From the human T2T-CHM13v2.0 reference genome, Homo sapiens, in the NCBI RefSeq assembly GCF_009914755.1, contig NC_060928.1: DNA of 64,000 nucleotides. One strand, 5' to 3'. Under the pieces are notes generated by a model. It was given only the letters and a program-made list of their open reading frames with translations. It was not told where the DNA came from and made no database searches. Numbering within the stretch: the first letter of the stretch is position 1; each line of letters starts with the position of its first letter. Positions 1 to 20,059 of the stretch are shown here, in pieces. Both the position numbers and the translations under genes were made by a program.

Positions 1-103
1 TAATTCCATCTGCAAAGACTCTTTTTACATTTTTCAAATAAATTCACCTTCTCAGATTACACATGAACATGACCTCCAGGGAGTCAACATTCAACCCGCT
101 ACA
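1..103 (-). mobile_element. MLT1-family (ERVL-MaLR) LTR, 5' terminus, truncated by window edge
   Basis: Ends ...ttcaacccgctaca, the reverse complement of the MLT1 start tgtag(c/t)gggttgaa; upstream 'catctgcaaagact...aaataa' is typical MLT1. Confidence 0.65.
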
Positions 104-278
104 GAAGTTTTAAGTGACATCCTCTTAAAGGGATTGTTTAAACTGTGGATGGAAAAATCCATTTGTATCTTTTCGGGCTTAAATTCTGGATTCAAATCTG
201 GCAATTTAAAATTTAGCCGTGAAAAATACAAAGGCCAGCGTTTAGAATCAGATCTGGTAGGTGGGCCGTAATAAATTT

Positions 279-920
279 TTCATTCATTCATTCCTTCACT
301 CACTCACTCACTCAACAATTGTGTTCTCAGAGTCCACTGCGTGTCAGCACCACAAGGCACAGATAAGCATATGCCAGTGTTCCTGCCCTCAAGGAGTTTA
401 AAGCCCAGTGGGACTATGGATGAGAAAACAATTTAAAAGTAATACATTGAGTTCTGTAACAGCAATTAAAAGAGGTACTATGGAAAGTAGAAGAGGCATT
501 CCTTAATGCTTTTAGAGAGATTTGGGAGGTGTCCAGAAGACACGACATTTATCTTACATTTTGAAGGATGAAGGAGTAGGGATTAATCAGAAAAGCCCTT
601 TGGAGTGGGGATGCATTCCATGCTGCAGGAGCAGTGCATGGGAAGCCCTGAGGTGAGAGCGTAGTGAAGGCTGGTGTTACCGGAGCACAGTGTTCAAGAG
701 GAGGAGAAGGGGGACAGGAGACAGAGAGAGGTGAGCAGGAGTAGGTGTTTGGGTTTCATTCTGGGAGGCCACTGGAGGGTTTGAACTAGCACAGAGAGAT
801 ATTTTGTAAAGATTTCTCTGGCTGCTGGGCAAATAATGCATGGGTGGGAGTGAGGTTATCCCAGTGGAGGGATCTCTAGGGGAAGCCAAGCAGTCAATAG
901 AATTGGAGGCAGGCAGGAGG
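279..920 (-). mobile_element. L2 LINE 3' fragment
   Basis: (TTCA)n/(CTCA)n tail followed by 'cctgccctcaaggagttta' and 'ttttgaaggatgaaggag', typical of L2 read antisense. Confidence 0.65.
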
Positions 921-1549
921 TCGGCACCGTCTGTCCAGGTGATTTGTTCTCTACCTGCAGACCCCTGCTTGTGGCCTGAAGGTGAGGGGACAGTTGCAGG
1001 GACCAAGATTCAGCCTCTTGGGAGCAGTGTGGCTACAGTGAGGTAATGGGCTCTGGCTCTCCCTAAGCATGCGGGAGATGCTGGGTCTGGAGAGTGAGGC
1101 TTACTTCCAGGGCACCCCAGATACTGGCACTGAGTGTGCACCCAACTGATGCTGGGCAAGGCTGAGCCACAAGTGGTGTGCATTCTCAGAAAGTCCAGAG
1201 GCATGAGAGGGGTTGTGGAAAGAGACTCAGAGGCAAGTTTACAAGATGGTGTTGGCTGGCAGCTTTAATTATTTATATGGTTATACTAAATAAGAGTCAG
1301 AATTTTTTTTTTTTCTGGAATGAATGACTAAAGGTTAAAATCTGGTCCCTGGTCTCCAACTTCATCTGCCAACTTTACATCTGGACCCCAGTAATATGAA
1401 CTACTTGATCGGTTCCAAATGCATCATGTACACTCTGCACCTTATCTCTGCCATTCCCTCTGTCTGGGACTCTGCATCCTCCGCAAGGTTAACTCACCTG
1501 GCCAATCATACAAGGGTTAAATTAACTGTACCTGACTATCATTCTTTCC

Positions 1550-1593
1550 CATCTCTCTCTCCCTTTTTTTCTCTTTCCCCCCTTCATTTCTCT

Positions 1594-1627
<34 letters not shown>

Positions 1628-1630
1628 TCA
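1550..1630. repeat. CT-rich simple repeat
   Basis: (CT)n run visible directly. Confidence 0.9.
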
Positions 1631-1639
1631 TATTTTCCT

Positions 1640-2930
<1,291 letters not shown>

Positions 2931-3334
2931 TCTGTCCCTAAAAAAGGTATTTGTTGTTGGATCTGACCAGCACCTGGAGTGCAAACAACTGAGGGCAACT
3001 TTACATAAATTGTTGAGCCAAGATCATGCAGGTGGAATCCATTGGAATTCCAAAACTATAAGGTCGTAGGTAGGTCTGTGGTTATAAATTATTTTATTTT
3101 ATTTTATTTTATTTATTTTTTTAATTATTATTATACTTTAAGTTTTAGGATACATGTGCACAACATGCAGGTTTGTTACATATGTATACATGTGCCATGT
3201 TGGTGTGCTGCACCCATTAACTCATCATTTAGCATTAGGTATATCTCCTAATGCTATCCCTCCCTGCTCCCACCACCCCACAACAGTCCCTGGTGTGTGA
3301 TGTTCCGCTTCCTGTGTCCATGTGTTCTCATTGT

Positions 3335-7154
<3,820 letters not shown>

Positions 7155-7217
7155 TATGATGTTAGCTGGTTATTTTGCTCGTTAGTTGATGCAGTTTCTT
7201 CCTAGCCTCGATGGTCT

Positions 7218-8234
7218 TTACAATTTGGCATGTTTTCGCAGTGGCTGGTACCAGTTGTTCCTTTCCATGTTTAGTGCTTCCTTCAGGAGCTCTTTTAGGG
7301 CAGGCCTGGTGGTGACACAATCTCTCAGCATTTGCTTGTCTGTAAAGTATTTTATTTCTCCTTCACTTATGAAGGTTAGTTTGGTGGGATATGAAATTCT
7401 GGGTTGAAAATTCTTTTCTTTAAGAATGTTGAATATTGGCCCCCACTCTCTTCTGGCTTGTAGAGTTTCTGCTGAGAGATCCACTGTTAGTCTGAGGAGC
7501 TTCCCTTTGTGGGTAACCCGACCTTTCTCTTTGGCTGCCCTTAACACTTTTTCCTTCATTTCAACTTTGGTGAATCTGACAATTATGTGTCTTGGAGTTG
7601 CTCTTCTCGAGGAGTATCTTTGTGGCATTCTCTGTATTTCCTGAATTTGAATGTTGGCCTGCCTTGCTAGATTGGGGAAGTTCTCTTGGATAATATCCTG
7701 CAGAGTGTTTTCCAAGTTGGTTCCTTTCTCCCCGTCACTTTCAGGTACACCAATGAGACGTAGATTTGGTCTTTTCACATAGTCCCATATTTCTTGGAAG
7801 CTTTGTTCATTTCTTTTTATTCTTTTTTCTCTAAGATTCTCTTCATGCTTCATTTCATGCATTTTGTCTTCCATAGCTGATACCCTTTCTTCCAGTTGAT
7901 CGCATTGGTTACTGAGGCTTGAGCATTTGTCACGTAGTTCTTGTGCCTTGGTTTTCAGCTCCATCAGCTACTTTAAGGACTTCTCTGCATTGGTTTTTCT
8001 AGTTATCCATTTGTCTAACTTTTTTTCAAAGTTTTTAACTTGTTTGCCATTGGTTCAAACTTCCTCCTTTAGCTCGGAGTAGTTTGATCTTCTGCAGCCT
8101 TCCTCTCTCAACTTGTCATAGTCATTCTCTGTCCAGCTTTGTTCTGTTGCTGATGAGGAGCTGCGTTCCTTTGGAGGAGGAGAGGTGCTCTGATTTTTAG
8201 AGTTTCTGGTTTTTCTGCTCTGTGTCTTCCCTAT
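7218..8234 (-). pseudogene. L1 ORF1p, start codon lost
   Basis: ORF 7218-7964 has YVKRPNLRLIGVPE and ARREW; the expected initiator reads ATA (8232-8234) instead of ATG. Confidence 0.9.
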
Positions 8235-8359
8235 CTTTGTGGTTTTATCTACCTTTGGTCTTTGATGATGGTGACATACATACGGGTTTTTGGTGTGGAT
8301 GTCCTTTCTGTTTTTTAGTTTTCCTTCTAACAGTCAGGACCCTCCACTGCAGGTCTGTT

Positions 8360-9260
8360 GGAGTTTACTGGAGGTCCACTTCAGACCCCGTTTTCCTGGG
8401 TATCAGCAGCGGTGGCTGCAGAACAGTGGATATTGGTGAGCCGCAAATGCTGCTGCCTGATCATTCCTCTGGAAGTTTTGTCTCAGAGAAGTACCCGGCT
8501 GTATAAGGTGCCGGTCCGCCCCTACTGGGGGGTACCTCCCTGTTAGGCTCCTTAGTGGTCAGGGACCCACTTGAGGAGGTGGTCTGCCCGTTCTCAGATC
8601 TCAAGCTGCATGCTGGGAGAACCACTACTCTCTTCAAAGCTGTCAGACAGGGACATTTAAGACTGCAGAGGTTATTGCTGTCTTTTGTTTGTCTGTGCCC
8701 TGCCCCCAGAGGTGGAGCCTACAGAGGCAGGCAGGCCTCCTTGAGCTGTGGTCGGCTCCACCCAGTTTGAGCTTCCTGGCCGCTTTTTTTACCTACTCAA
8801 GCCTGAGCAATGGTGGGTGCCCCTCCCCCAGCCTCACTGCTGCCTTGCAGTTAGATCTCAGACTGCTGTGCTAGCAATGAGCGAGGCTCCATAGGCGTAG
8901 GACCCTCTGAGCCATGTGCAGGATATAATCTCCTGGTGTACCGTTTGTTAAGCCTGTTGGAAGAGCGCAGTGTTAGGGTGGGAGTGACCCGATTTTCCAG
9001 GTGCCGTCTGTCATCCCTTTCTTTGACTAGGAAAGGGAATTCCCTGACCCCTTGCACTTCTCGGGTGAGGCGATGCCTCGCCCTGCTTTGGCTCACTCAT
9101 GGTGTACTGCACCCACTGTCCTGCACCCACTGTCCGGCGCTTCCCTGTGTGATGAACCCTGTACCTCAGTTGGAAATGCAGAAATCACCCATCTTCTGCG
9201 TCGCTCATGCTGGGAGCTGTAGACTGGAGCTGTTCCTATTTGGCCATCTTGGCTCCACCC
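8360..9260 (-). promoter_or_regulatory. L1 5' UTR (sense promoter, YY1 site, antisense promoter pointing to the + strand)
   Basis: 'ggccatcttgg' YY1 motif at ~9242-9252; ASP/ORF0 region at 8800-9070. Activity not shown by sequence. Confidence 0.6.
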
Positions 9261-10183
9261 CTTTGATTATAAATTCTTAGGGAAGCCTTTTTTTCTTCCA
9301 CCCAGAGCCCTAGCCAAGGAGGATCATTTTCTTTTGTGTCTTCTTTTGCTTTTTTTGTTTCTTTTTCCCATACTGCCCTATGTCTGAGTCAGTAGCTCTA
9401 AGAATGCCTGGCTTTACAGTCTCAGTTGCAGCTTTTCTTCTTGCATAGACCCAGGGCCTTGGCTCATCTCCTTGGGGTGATTAAAACACATGCCTCTTTT
9501 TACTCATATCAGCAAGTCTGCTCAGGGCAGCCATGGGTTAGCTTCAGCTTACCACTCTTATTTTCAACTCTTCATTATTGGCAACCGCAGCTACAGGTGT
9601 GTTTATTTCATGCAGCATTTGTACAGTAACATAGTGGGTGTTTTCAGGATATGCAATTTGCCATATTGCTGAGGTCCTAGTGTTCCCATTTTATAAGTGA
9701 GAAAATGAGGTTTGGAGTGACATGAAGTACCTGCTCAGTATAACACAGTTGTGAGTGGAGGAGCTGGAACTCAGAGGCCTCCAAGATCCCTGCTCTCTGT
9801 AATACATGTTATTTTCTATAGTAACAAATTCAGGCATGTAGATGCCCTAGGCTTTCAGCTTTAGTAATGCCCCAAGGATAGCTGTTTAGCTTTCTAGAGC
9901 TCATATGTTACAAAGAAAGGGACCTGAAGACATAATGTGCCCTGATGTGTCTTATGGTAGATGTTCATTATTTTGCTAAGAAAGAAACACGTATTTCCAT
10001 TTGATTTCTAAACATAGGGCCACCATTGCAAAACTGTACTGGTCAATTTAACTCCTCATGTTAGTCAAATTTGACACCTGGGAGACACTTGTCTTTTTAT
10101 GCCATGAATATTATTGCTGGACTACTATTCAGTGACTTATTTTAGAGGTTTCCCAAAAGTTGAATATAAAGATACTGTGCCTT

Positions 10184-10632
10184 ACTATTCACAATAGCAA
10201 AGACTTGGAACCAACCCAAATGTCCATCAGTGATGGACTGGATTAAGAAAATGTGGCACATATACACCGTGGAATACTATGCAGCCATAAAAAGGGTGAA
10301 TTCATGTCCTTTTTAGGGATATGGATGAAGCTGGAAAGCATAATTCTCAGCAAACTATCGTGAGGACAAAAAACCAAACACCGCCTGTTCTCACTCATAG
10401 GTGGGAATTGAACAATGAGAACACTTGGACGCAGGAAGGGGAACATCACACACTGGGGACTGTTGTGGGGTGGGGGGAGAGGGGAGGAGGGATAGCATTA
10501 GGAGATATACCTAATGTAAAGGACGAGTTAATGGGTGCAGCACACCGACATGGCACATGTATACATATGTAACAAACCTGCACATTGTGCACATGTACCC
10601 TGGAACTTAAAGTATGATAATAAAAAAATAAA
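10184..10632 (+). mobile_element. 5'-truncated L1PA5-like 3' end
   Basis: 3' UTR and poly-A; TSD ataaagatactgtgcctt (10166-10183) / ataaagatactatgcctt (10633-10650). Confidence 0.92.
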
Positions 10633-10961
10633 ATAAAGATACTATGCCTTTCTGTATCAATACTTTTGCAGTGTGCTAACACCATTGCTCTCCTGCTGCT
10701 GTTGCTGCTACAGGCAAGCATTTTACTGAATTTGTGGTTTATGGAAGGTTTCTACCTTCATTAACTCAGTTCTCAAAAGAATTCTGGCCATCAGTTGCTA
10801 TTACTCAAATATAAGATATATATAGAACGGGGTTCAGAGAAGTTAATTTTATTAAGGTCACACAACTTAGAAGGCTCAAAGTTGAGTGTTAAAAATCTTG
10901 TTGAATACATAGATTAGTGAATGAATTATGACAAGGGATCTGATGTCTTCCTGCCTGTCTG

Positions 10962-11095
10962 TTCTTCCTTCCTACCTACCTACCTTCCTTCCTTCCTTCC
11001 TTCCTTCCTTCCTTCCTTCCTTCCTTCCTTCCTTCCTTCCTTCCTCCCTCCCTTCCTTTAAACTTTTCTTCTCTCCTTCCTTCTTTTCTTTCTTA
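10962..11095. repeat. (TTCC)n microsatellite
   Basis: Direct tandem repeat. Confidence 0.95.
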
Positions 11096-11300
11096 ATTAT
11101 ATAAGCATATGCAAGGGTTAGCAAAAACCCAAAGCATAATAGAACTCATAGTGAAACATAGGTTTAACATTTTTAAAAATAATTTTCTCAGCATAATTTC
11201 ACTCTTCCTTGATCCAGATATCAAATACAGAGGCAGGTTAAAAGCCCTATTTCCCACGGTCTTAAAAACCCAGATTCTCAGTCTGGCTCTCTCTTAATTT

Positions 11301-13368
<2,068 letters not shown>

Positions 13369-14104
13369 TCTCTTAATTTGTTTTGTAACATTTGATAATA
13401 TGTCAAACTGCATCTGGGCACTAATTTCTTCATCTTGAATGACAGTTCTGTCCTTGCTGCTTCTCAGCAGGTAATGCAGGGGTAGAACAATGTCCATGAA
13501 AGCAACTTGAGAAGGTACAGTTGTAAATGGATATGTTTAAGGATTATGTTAAGAAGTTCATATTCCTTGAACTTTTCCAACCTGAAGATCCCCCAACGAG
13601 TCTTTGAAGAAATCCAGCTCAAGCAGCAACAACCCCCCATCAGATGTCTCAGTTGAGGAGCTCCTAGGAAGAAAATTTAAAAAGAGTAGTTTCTGTGATG
13701 AGATACCTTTTCTATGCTCAGAGTCACTACTTTTTATCCCCTTCCCCACATATAAATATGTGCCAAAGATTTGTCATTATTGGCCATAAAAGCATTATTC
13801 AGTGGCTCTCCACCATGTTTTAGGGCCAGTGCTAGACACATTGGATAAAGAACCTCCAATTCTTATAAGAACATTGTGAGATCAATTTCGGTGTTCCTGT
13901 TTTACAGGAAAATAAAGCTAAAGCTCATGGCACAATGTCCCATTAGTTGTTCCCATTGAAAGAAGCTGGACCATCAGTGGCACCCATTGGAAATGATTGC
14001 CAGTGCTGCTGCACATCATCCCAGAGTGCATTACTGGGAAGGCAGATGATGAGTGGCCCCATCTGCAGGTCTTTATTTCTGTGTCCTCCTCTTGTCCCTT
14101 GCAG

Positions 14105-14207
14105 TTTGGTCAATCTGTTTTTCAGCCTGTCCACTCTATTACACTTAGCCATCCCCTCTACTCTAGGCTGTCATTGTCACTTATTCACTTTTAGGAGAAT
14201 GAAAAAG
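14105..14207 (+). other. Candidate non-coding exon
   Basis: Long polypyrimidine tract ending gcag at 14104, and AAG|gtaagg donor at 14207/14208; no transcript evidence available. Confidence 0.35.
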
Positions 14208-14880
14208 GTAAGGAGAAAGATCCTGTGCTGTTTGAAGTCACACCTGAACACAAATCCCAGTAGTACCACTTCTAACCTGCGTGGTCTTAGGCGATCTTTT
14301 TAGCCTATGCTTTGGTTTTCCCATCTGCAAACTGGAGGCAGTAGTACCATAGAATCAGCATGAAGGTTACATGCAGTGATTAATAAAGTGCCTGGTGTGT
14401 TGCCTGCCATTGAGTAAGGGCTGAGTATGTGCGAGATTCTCTCCCCTTGTCTCACCAGGATTGTTGTAACCCGCTCACTGTGCACCATGTCTCCATTCTA
14501 TTTGTCTCTTCTAATCCTTCTGCCACCACTGCCAACTTACTCTTCCTAAGGGCTTGTGCTTGCTCTTTGTGGCCCCAAAAGATCTATTAAAATAATTCCA
14601 GACCTTTCTTCCTAGGTTGTCAGGATTTACAAAATTTGGCCTCAACTCTTTCCAATGCTGTCTTCAGGAAGCCTCTGGGAAGCCCTCCAGGAGCATTGGG
14701 TTGATCCACATGCTCTGTTGCTTCCTGAGTAGAGCTTACATTGCTCCCTCTGTCTAGAGGGAGTTCCCTTCAACTCTGCTTGAAGAAAGCCTACCTGGAA
14801 CCAAACCTGGGCCTCCAACTAGACAATATATTTGAGACCAGGTGTTGTTCTTGGGCAAAGGCGATTACTTTTTCATCTGA

Positions 14881-15215
<335 letters not shown>

Positions 15216-15476
15216 TGCAGAGTTTCAGTTTTGCAAGAAGGAAAAGGTCTGGAGATCTGTAGCACAATGTACATAGAGTTAACACTACTGAACTGTACAC
15301 TTGGAAACATCTAAGATGGTGAATTTTATATGTTTTTGTCACAACTAAAGAGAAAAGGTTAACTGGGGATGGATAATGGTATCTACTCTAAAGTGTTGTT
15401 TTGAGCATTACATGAAATAATGTATGTAAAGTGCCAGGCAACAGGCCCCAGACTAGGAACTGCTCAAAAAATTATA

Positions 15477-15624
15477 GCCACCGTGCGTGGCTAATTTTTG
15501 TATTTTTAGTAGAGACAGGGTCTCACCATGTTGGCCAGGCTGGTCTTGAACTCCTGACCTCGTGATCCACCCGCCTCAGCCTCCCAAAGTGTTGGGATTA
15601 CAGGCGTGAGCCACTGTGCCCAGC
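15477..15624 (-). mobile_element. Alu, left monomer plus linker only (3' half missing)
   Basis: gccaccgtgcgtggctaatttttgtattttt...gccactgtgcccagc; no poly-A tail. Confidence 0.9.
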
Positions 15625-16270
15625 TGAATCTTTTTTTGTAGATAAAGGACTACTGAGATATTCTATTTTTGCCTATGTTAGCTTTCGGTAAGGTATGTTT
15701 TTCTAGAATTTTTAAATTTATCTATGTTTGCAAATTTATACCTCTTTATTATATTTTTAATGTCTGTAGGCTCTGTAATGTCCCCTTTTCCATTCCTAGT
15801 GTTCTTTGTGTTTTTTTCCTATTTTCTTTATCAGTGTTACTGTGGGTTTATCAATTTTATTGGTGGTTTTCAAGAATTTGCTTTTGGGTTTATTGATCTT
15901 CTATATTGTTTATTTGTTTTTATTTCATTGATTCCACCCCTTAAAAAATTATGTCCTAACTTGTCATTTTTAATATTCTATTCCTAATTTTTGTATATAA
16001 ATACTTACATACATACATTGTTGATTTTCAGCATTTTTTTTCTGACAATGCACTTAAGGTGATAATTTTCTTCCCAGCATGGTTTTATGTAAGTTTTAAT
16101 ATGCCATGTATTCATTATAGGTGAGTTCAGATTATTTTCCAATTTCTATAGTAATTTCCACTTCTAATTTTTGAGAAGTGTGTTATAAAATTTCCAAACA
16201 TTTGGAGATTGTTTAGCTTTTTCTTATTGAGTTCCAGCTTAATTTAACTGTAACTAGAACATAAACTGTA
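15625..16270 (-). mobile_element. Old L1M ORF2 fragment
   Basis: Degenerate antisense L1 ('ggtttatcaattttattg', 'ttccagcttaatttaactgt'). Confidence 0.6.
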
Positions 16271-16494
16271 CAGTTATAGTGGACTTGGCCAGAGTCAGGT
16301 CTTGTTTTCTGGCCTCACAGGTGCTATGTTCTTTGACACAGTTTTTTAGGTTTTACCCATACATTTTGTAAGGTTGTAAAAAATAAAGGATGAGACTCAT
16401 GAAATAAAGTAGATGTTCTTTGTTTTTCTTTTGAGTTATTCTCAAGCCTCAATAAACTTTCCATATATAGGATTCTTAGCTTATTACTAGTTGG

Positions 16495-16800
16495 TATCAT
16501 TCACTAATATATATATATGTTTATTGAGCATCTTATGCACATGAGGCCTTTAACTAGATATTGGGTATTTCACAATGATTAAAATCAGACATCACCCCAG
16601 ACCTCACAGCCCAGTAGGGCAGACTGATATTAATCAATTAAACAGCAGAATGGTATGTTACTTTAAACTGAGATTAATGGTATGTTACTTTAAACTGAGA
16701 TAAATGCTCTAAAGGAAATGAACATGCTTCTCTGAGAGCATATAGCAAAGGAATCTTGCCTGCTTGTTCAGGGTTTTGGGGGATCAGGAGGGCAGTTCTC
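16495..16800 (-). mobile_element. L2 fragment
   Basis: 'tttattgagcatctta...' L2 3' end antisense. Confidence 0.55.
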
Positions 16801-16954
16801 TTACCTATGTATTAAGTTGTCATTGTATGTAGAAAATTTAATGAGATTTGATGTCTAAAAAGATGAATTGCTTGCATCTTGCAAAGCTCTTGTATTATTT
16901 TCAGATCATCACAACCATTTGATTTTCTCCTACTGATTAATATGTATCTCATAG

Positions 16955-17465
16955 GTTTTTTTAAATTTATTTTTTATTTAGGTAACATACATACAGCAAA
17001 GTGAATTGGTCTTAACCAGATAGCTCAACACATTTCTTACATACATATGCTTGTCGGTGACAACCACCCAAATCAAGATACGGAACATTATCAGAGGGTC
17101 CCTCATGCCTCATTCCCAGTCAATGCCCCACCAAGAGGCTACTACTGCTATTCCAATCTCTAACACAAGCCATCTGCGTAACCTCTTTTTAACTTAATGT
17201 GAATGGAATCATATAATAAATACTGTTTTATGTTTGGCTCCTTTCACTTAACATAATGTCTTTGAGATTCATAATGTCATTGATATACTATTGTATATAA
17301 GTTTAATCTTTTTCATTATTGCCTACTCTTCTACTATATGAATATACTCTATTTAATCATTCTACTGCTGTTGGACAATGGGGTTGGTTTAATTGGGGGA
17401 TTCTATGAATAAAGCTGCTGTGCACATTCTTATCCATGGTGAACATACGCATGCATGTCCCTTGA
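16955..17465 (-). mobile_element. L1ME-like 3' end
   Basis: 'acaaccacccaaatcaagata' and 'aatggaatcatata' are typical of old L1 3' UTRs. Confidence 0.65.
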
Positions 17466-18475
17466 GTATTTTATACCTCATAAAGGTGTTGAATGGAGTG
17501 ACACACACAGAGCCCGTAGCATGTGTGAAGCTGACACATGCCCCAAAGTGCTATATTGACTATACTGAATCTAAATGGTTACTTTGGTTGTCTAATACTC
17601 TGAGATTAGAAGAAGGAAATTGTGGGAATTGAGCTGTAGGGGTGATGTTTGATCTCATCAGACCTTCCCATCCATGTTAGAGATGCAGATACTGAGCCTA
17701 GAGAGAGGACATGACCTTCCCGGGACCACACAGTTATCAGTGGCCTCTGATCACCACATGGCACTTGCAGATGTTTCATCTCACAAGCTTAGTGTCTTTT
17801 AAGCCAGAGACCATCTTTCATAGATGTGTGACATTTACTTCACAGAAAATTTTATCATAGACTAAAAACTATCAAAAGAGTGTTTAAGCTTGGTCTCCCA
17901 GGAGAAGGGCTTGAGGTCATCTAAGGAAGTTTTGGTTGTGGGGTATGGATCTGGAAGGAGTTTGGTACTTAAAAGAACACACCCAGAGCAAGCAGTCTTC
18001 AAGTAATTCTTCCCCGGCTCTAGCTTTCCACTCTCCCACTGCTTCCCCTGTTGAGTAAATGAGCTATATCCATCAGTGTAAACTCAAAGCATTACTTGCT
18101 CTCTGAACCGTCAGCCAGGTTTAAGCACCAGCTGCCCCGTCTGTCTAAATGCTCCTCCACTGCTTTTCTAGCCTTAAGGCCTGAGTCAGACATCCTGTCC
18201 CCTGCGAAGTCTTCTCCTGCCTCCTGTCTGAGCCTGAGTGACTGAGTATCTCTCTGTGTGTTCCTGAAGCCTTTTATTAGCTGAACTTGGCTCTGGGCAC
18301 AAGATGGACTAGGCTTCTTGGATATATGCTCCATGGAACCCTGAACTTCTTAAAAATGAACGATGTCAGGTGTTTTTCTTGTCTCCTTTCCTGGTGAGAT
18401 GGAGCTGTGAGGATGGATATTGGGGCTGCCTTGACTCCACTAGCTCCTTGACAACTAGCACAGAGCAGGTACCCA

Positions 18476-18985
18476 GTGAATGAGTAAGTGGATGAATAAG
18501 TGAGTGAGTGGATGAATAAGTGGGTGAGGGGATGAATATGTGAGTGAGTGGATGAATAAGTGAATGAGTGGATGAATAAGTGAATGAGTGAATGAATATG
18601 TGAGTAAATGAATGAATAAGTGAGTGAATGAATGAATGAGTGAGTGAACAAGTGAACGTGAGGGTGAATGAGTGAGTGGGTGAATGAATGAGCGGGCAAC
18701 TGAGTGAATGAATGAGTGAGTGCACAGGTGAGTGAGTGAATGAGTGAGTGAGCAAGTGATTATGTGAGTGAATGAATGAGTGAATGATTGAGTGAATGAA
18801 TGAGTGAATGATGAAGTGAGTGAGTAAATGAGTGAGTGAATGAATGAATGAGTAGATGAGTGAGCAAGTGAATGAGTGAGCAAGTAAGTGGGTGAGTGAA
18901 TGAGTAAGTGAATGAGTGAATGAGTGAGTGAATGAATGAGTGAATGATTAAGTGAGTGAATGAGTGAGTGATGAGTGGATGGATG
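18476..18985. repeat. (TGAR)n tetranucleotide expansion at an L2 3' tail
   Basis: ~500 bp of tgaa/tgag units directly after the L2-like 'ctagcacagagcagg'. Confidence 0.9.
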
Positions 18986-19199
18986 CAGAGCACTGTCCAG
19001 AACATGGTAGCTCCTCCCCACTCCACCATAACCATCTCACCAGCCACCATCATCAGCCCTATGGGTCTTCTTGCTTCTACCCTTGGGCTCCTGCATCCTC
19101 TGCTCACAGCAGCTAAGGAGACACGTTTCCATCATATCACATCACGCTTCTGCCATGATCGCTTCAGTGACTCCCACTTCACTTAAACAATACAGTGGG

Positions 19200-19585
<386 letters not shown>

Positions 19586-20059
19586 TCAGTTACTTCACTC
19601 TCTGTGCCTGTGGATGGCTCGCTGAATGTTATGTGGCTCAATTCATAGGAAACACTCAAAACAGCACCTAGCGGATAGTCAGGGACTTCATCGCTATTCA
19701 TTATTAGTGTTGTGAGGATCAAGTCAGAATAAAACAAAAAATTATAGTGATATTGAGAAGTGACACATCTGAGTTAAACGTGCAGGGGGACAGTGCCTGG
19801 GTTCAAGCCCCAGTGTGTCACTTACTGCCCATGTGCCCTTACAGTACATTGGGGTGATAATATTTTGTGCCTCATAGGTTTGGAGACAATTATGAGATTG
19901 AATGTCTGAACATAATTTGAACAGTACCTAACATACCCCCAGTTCTCAATAAATGTTGCTGGTGAATGTTCATTTCATTAGGCTCCACAGCCTCTCAGGG
20001 CTCACAGAGCCTGTGCCCTGCCTCCCTGTTGCAAGCGTTCCGTGCATAAAGCTAAGCTC

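Noticed and set aside
961-981. 21-nt micro-exon (ctgcag|...gaag|gtgagg)
   Set aside because: Short pyrimidine tract beside a degenerate L2; such matches arise by chance and there is no other support.
8810-8854. L1 ORF0 on the + strand (MVGAPPPASLLPCS)
   Set aside because: TAG at codon 15 (8852-8854) truncates it before the splice donors.
13560-13800. Coding-looking stretch (NLKIPQRVFEEIQLKQQQPP)
   Set aside because: Stops within a few codons, has no flanking splice signals and no recognisable homology.
18277-19107. His/Ser/Leu-rich ORFs of 115-188 aa, or a CRISPR-like array
   Set aside because: These are translations of a (TTCA/CTCA)n microsatellite; there are no unique spacers or cas genes and the context is eukaryotic.
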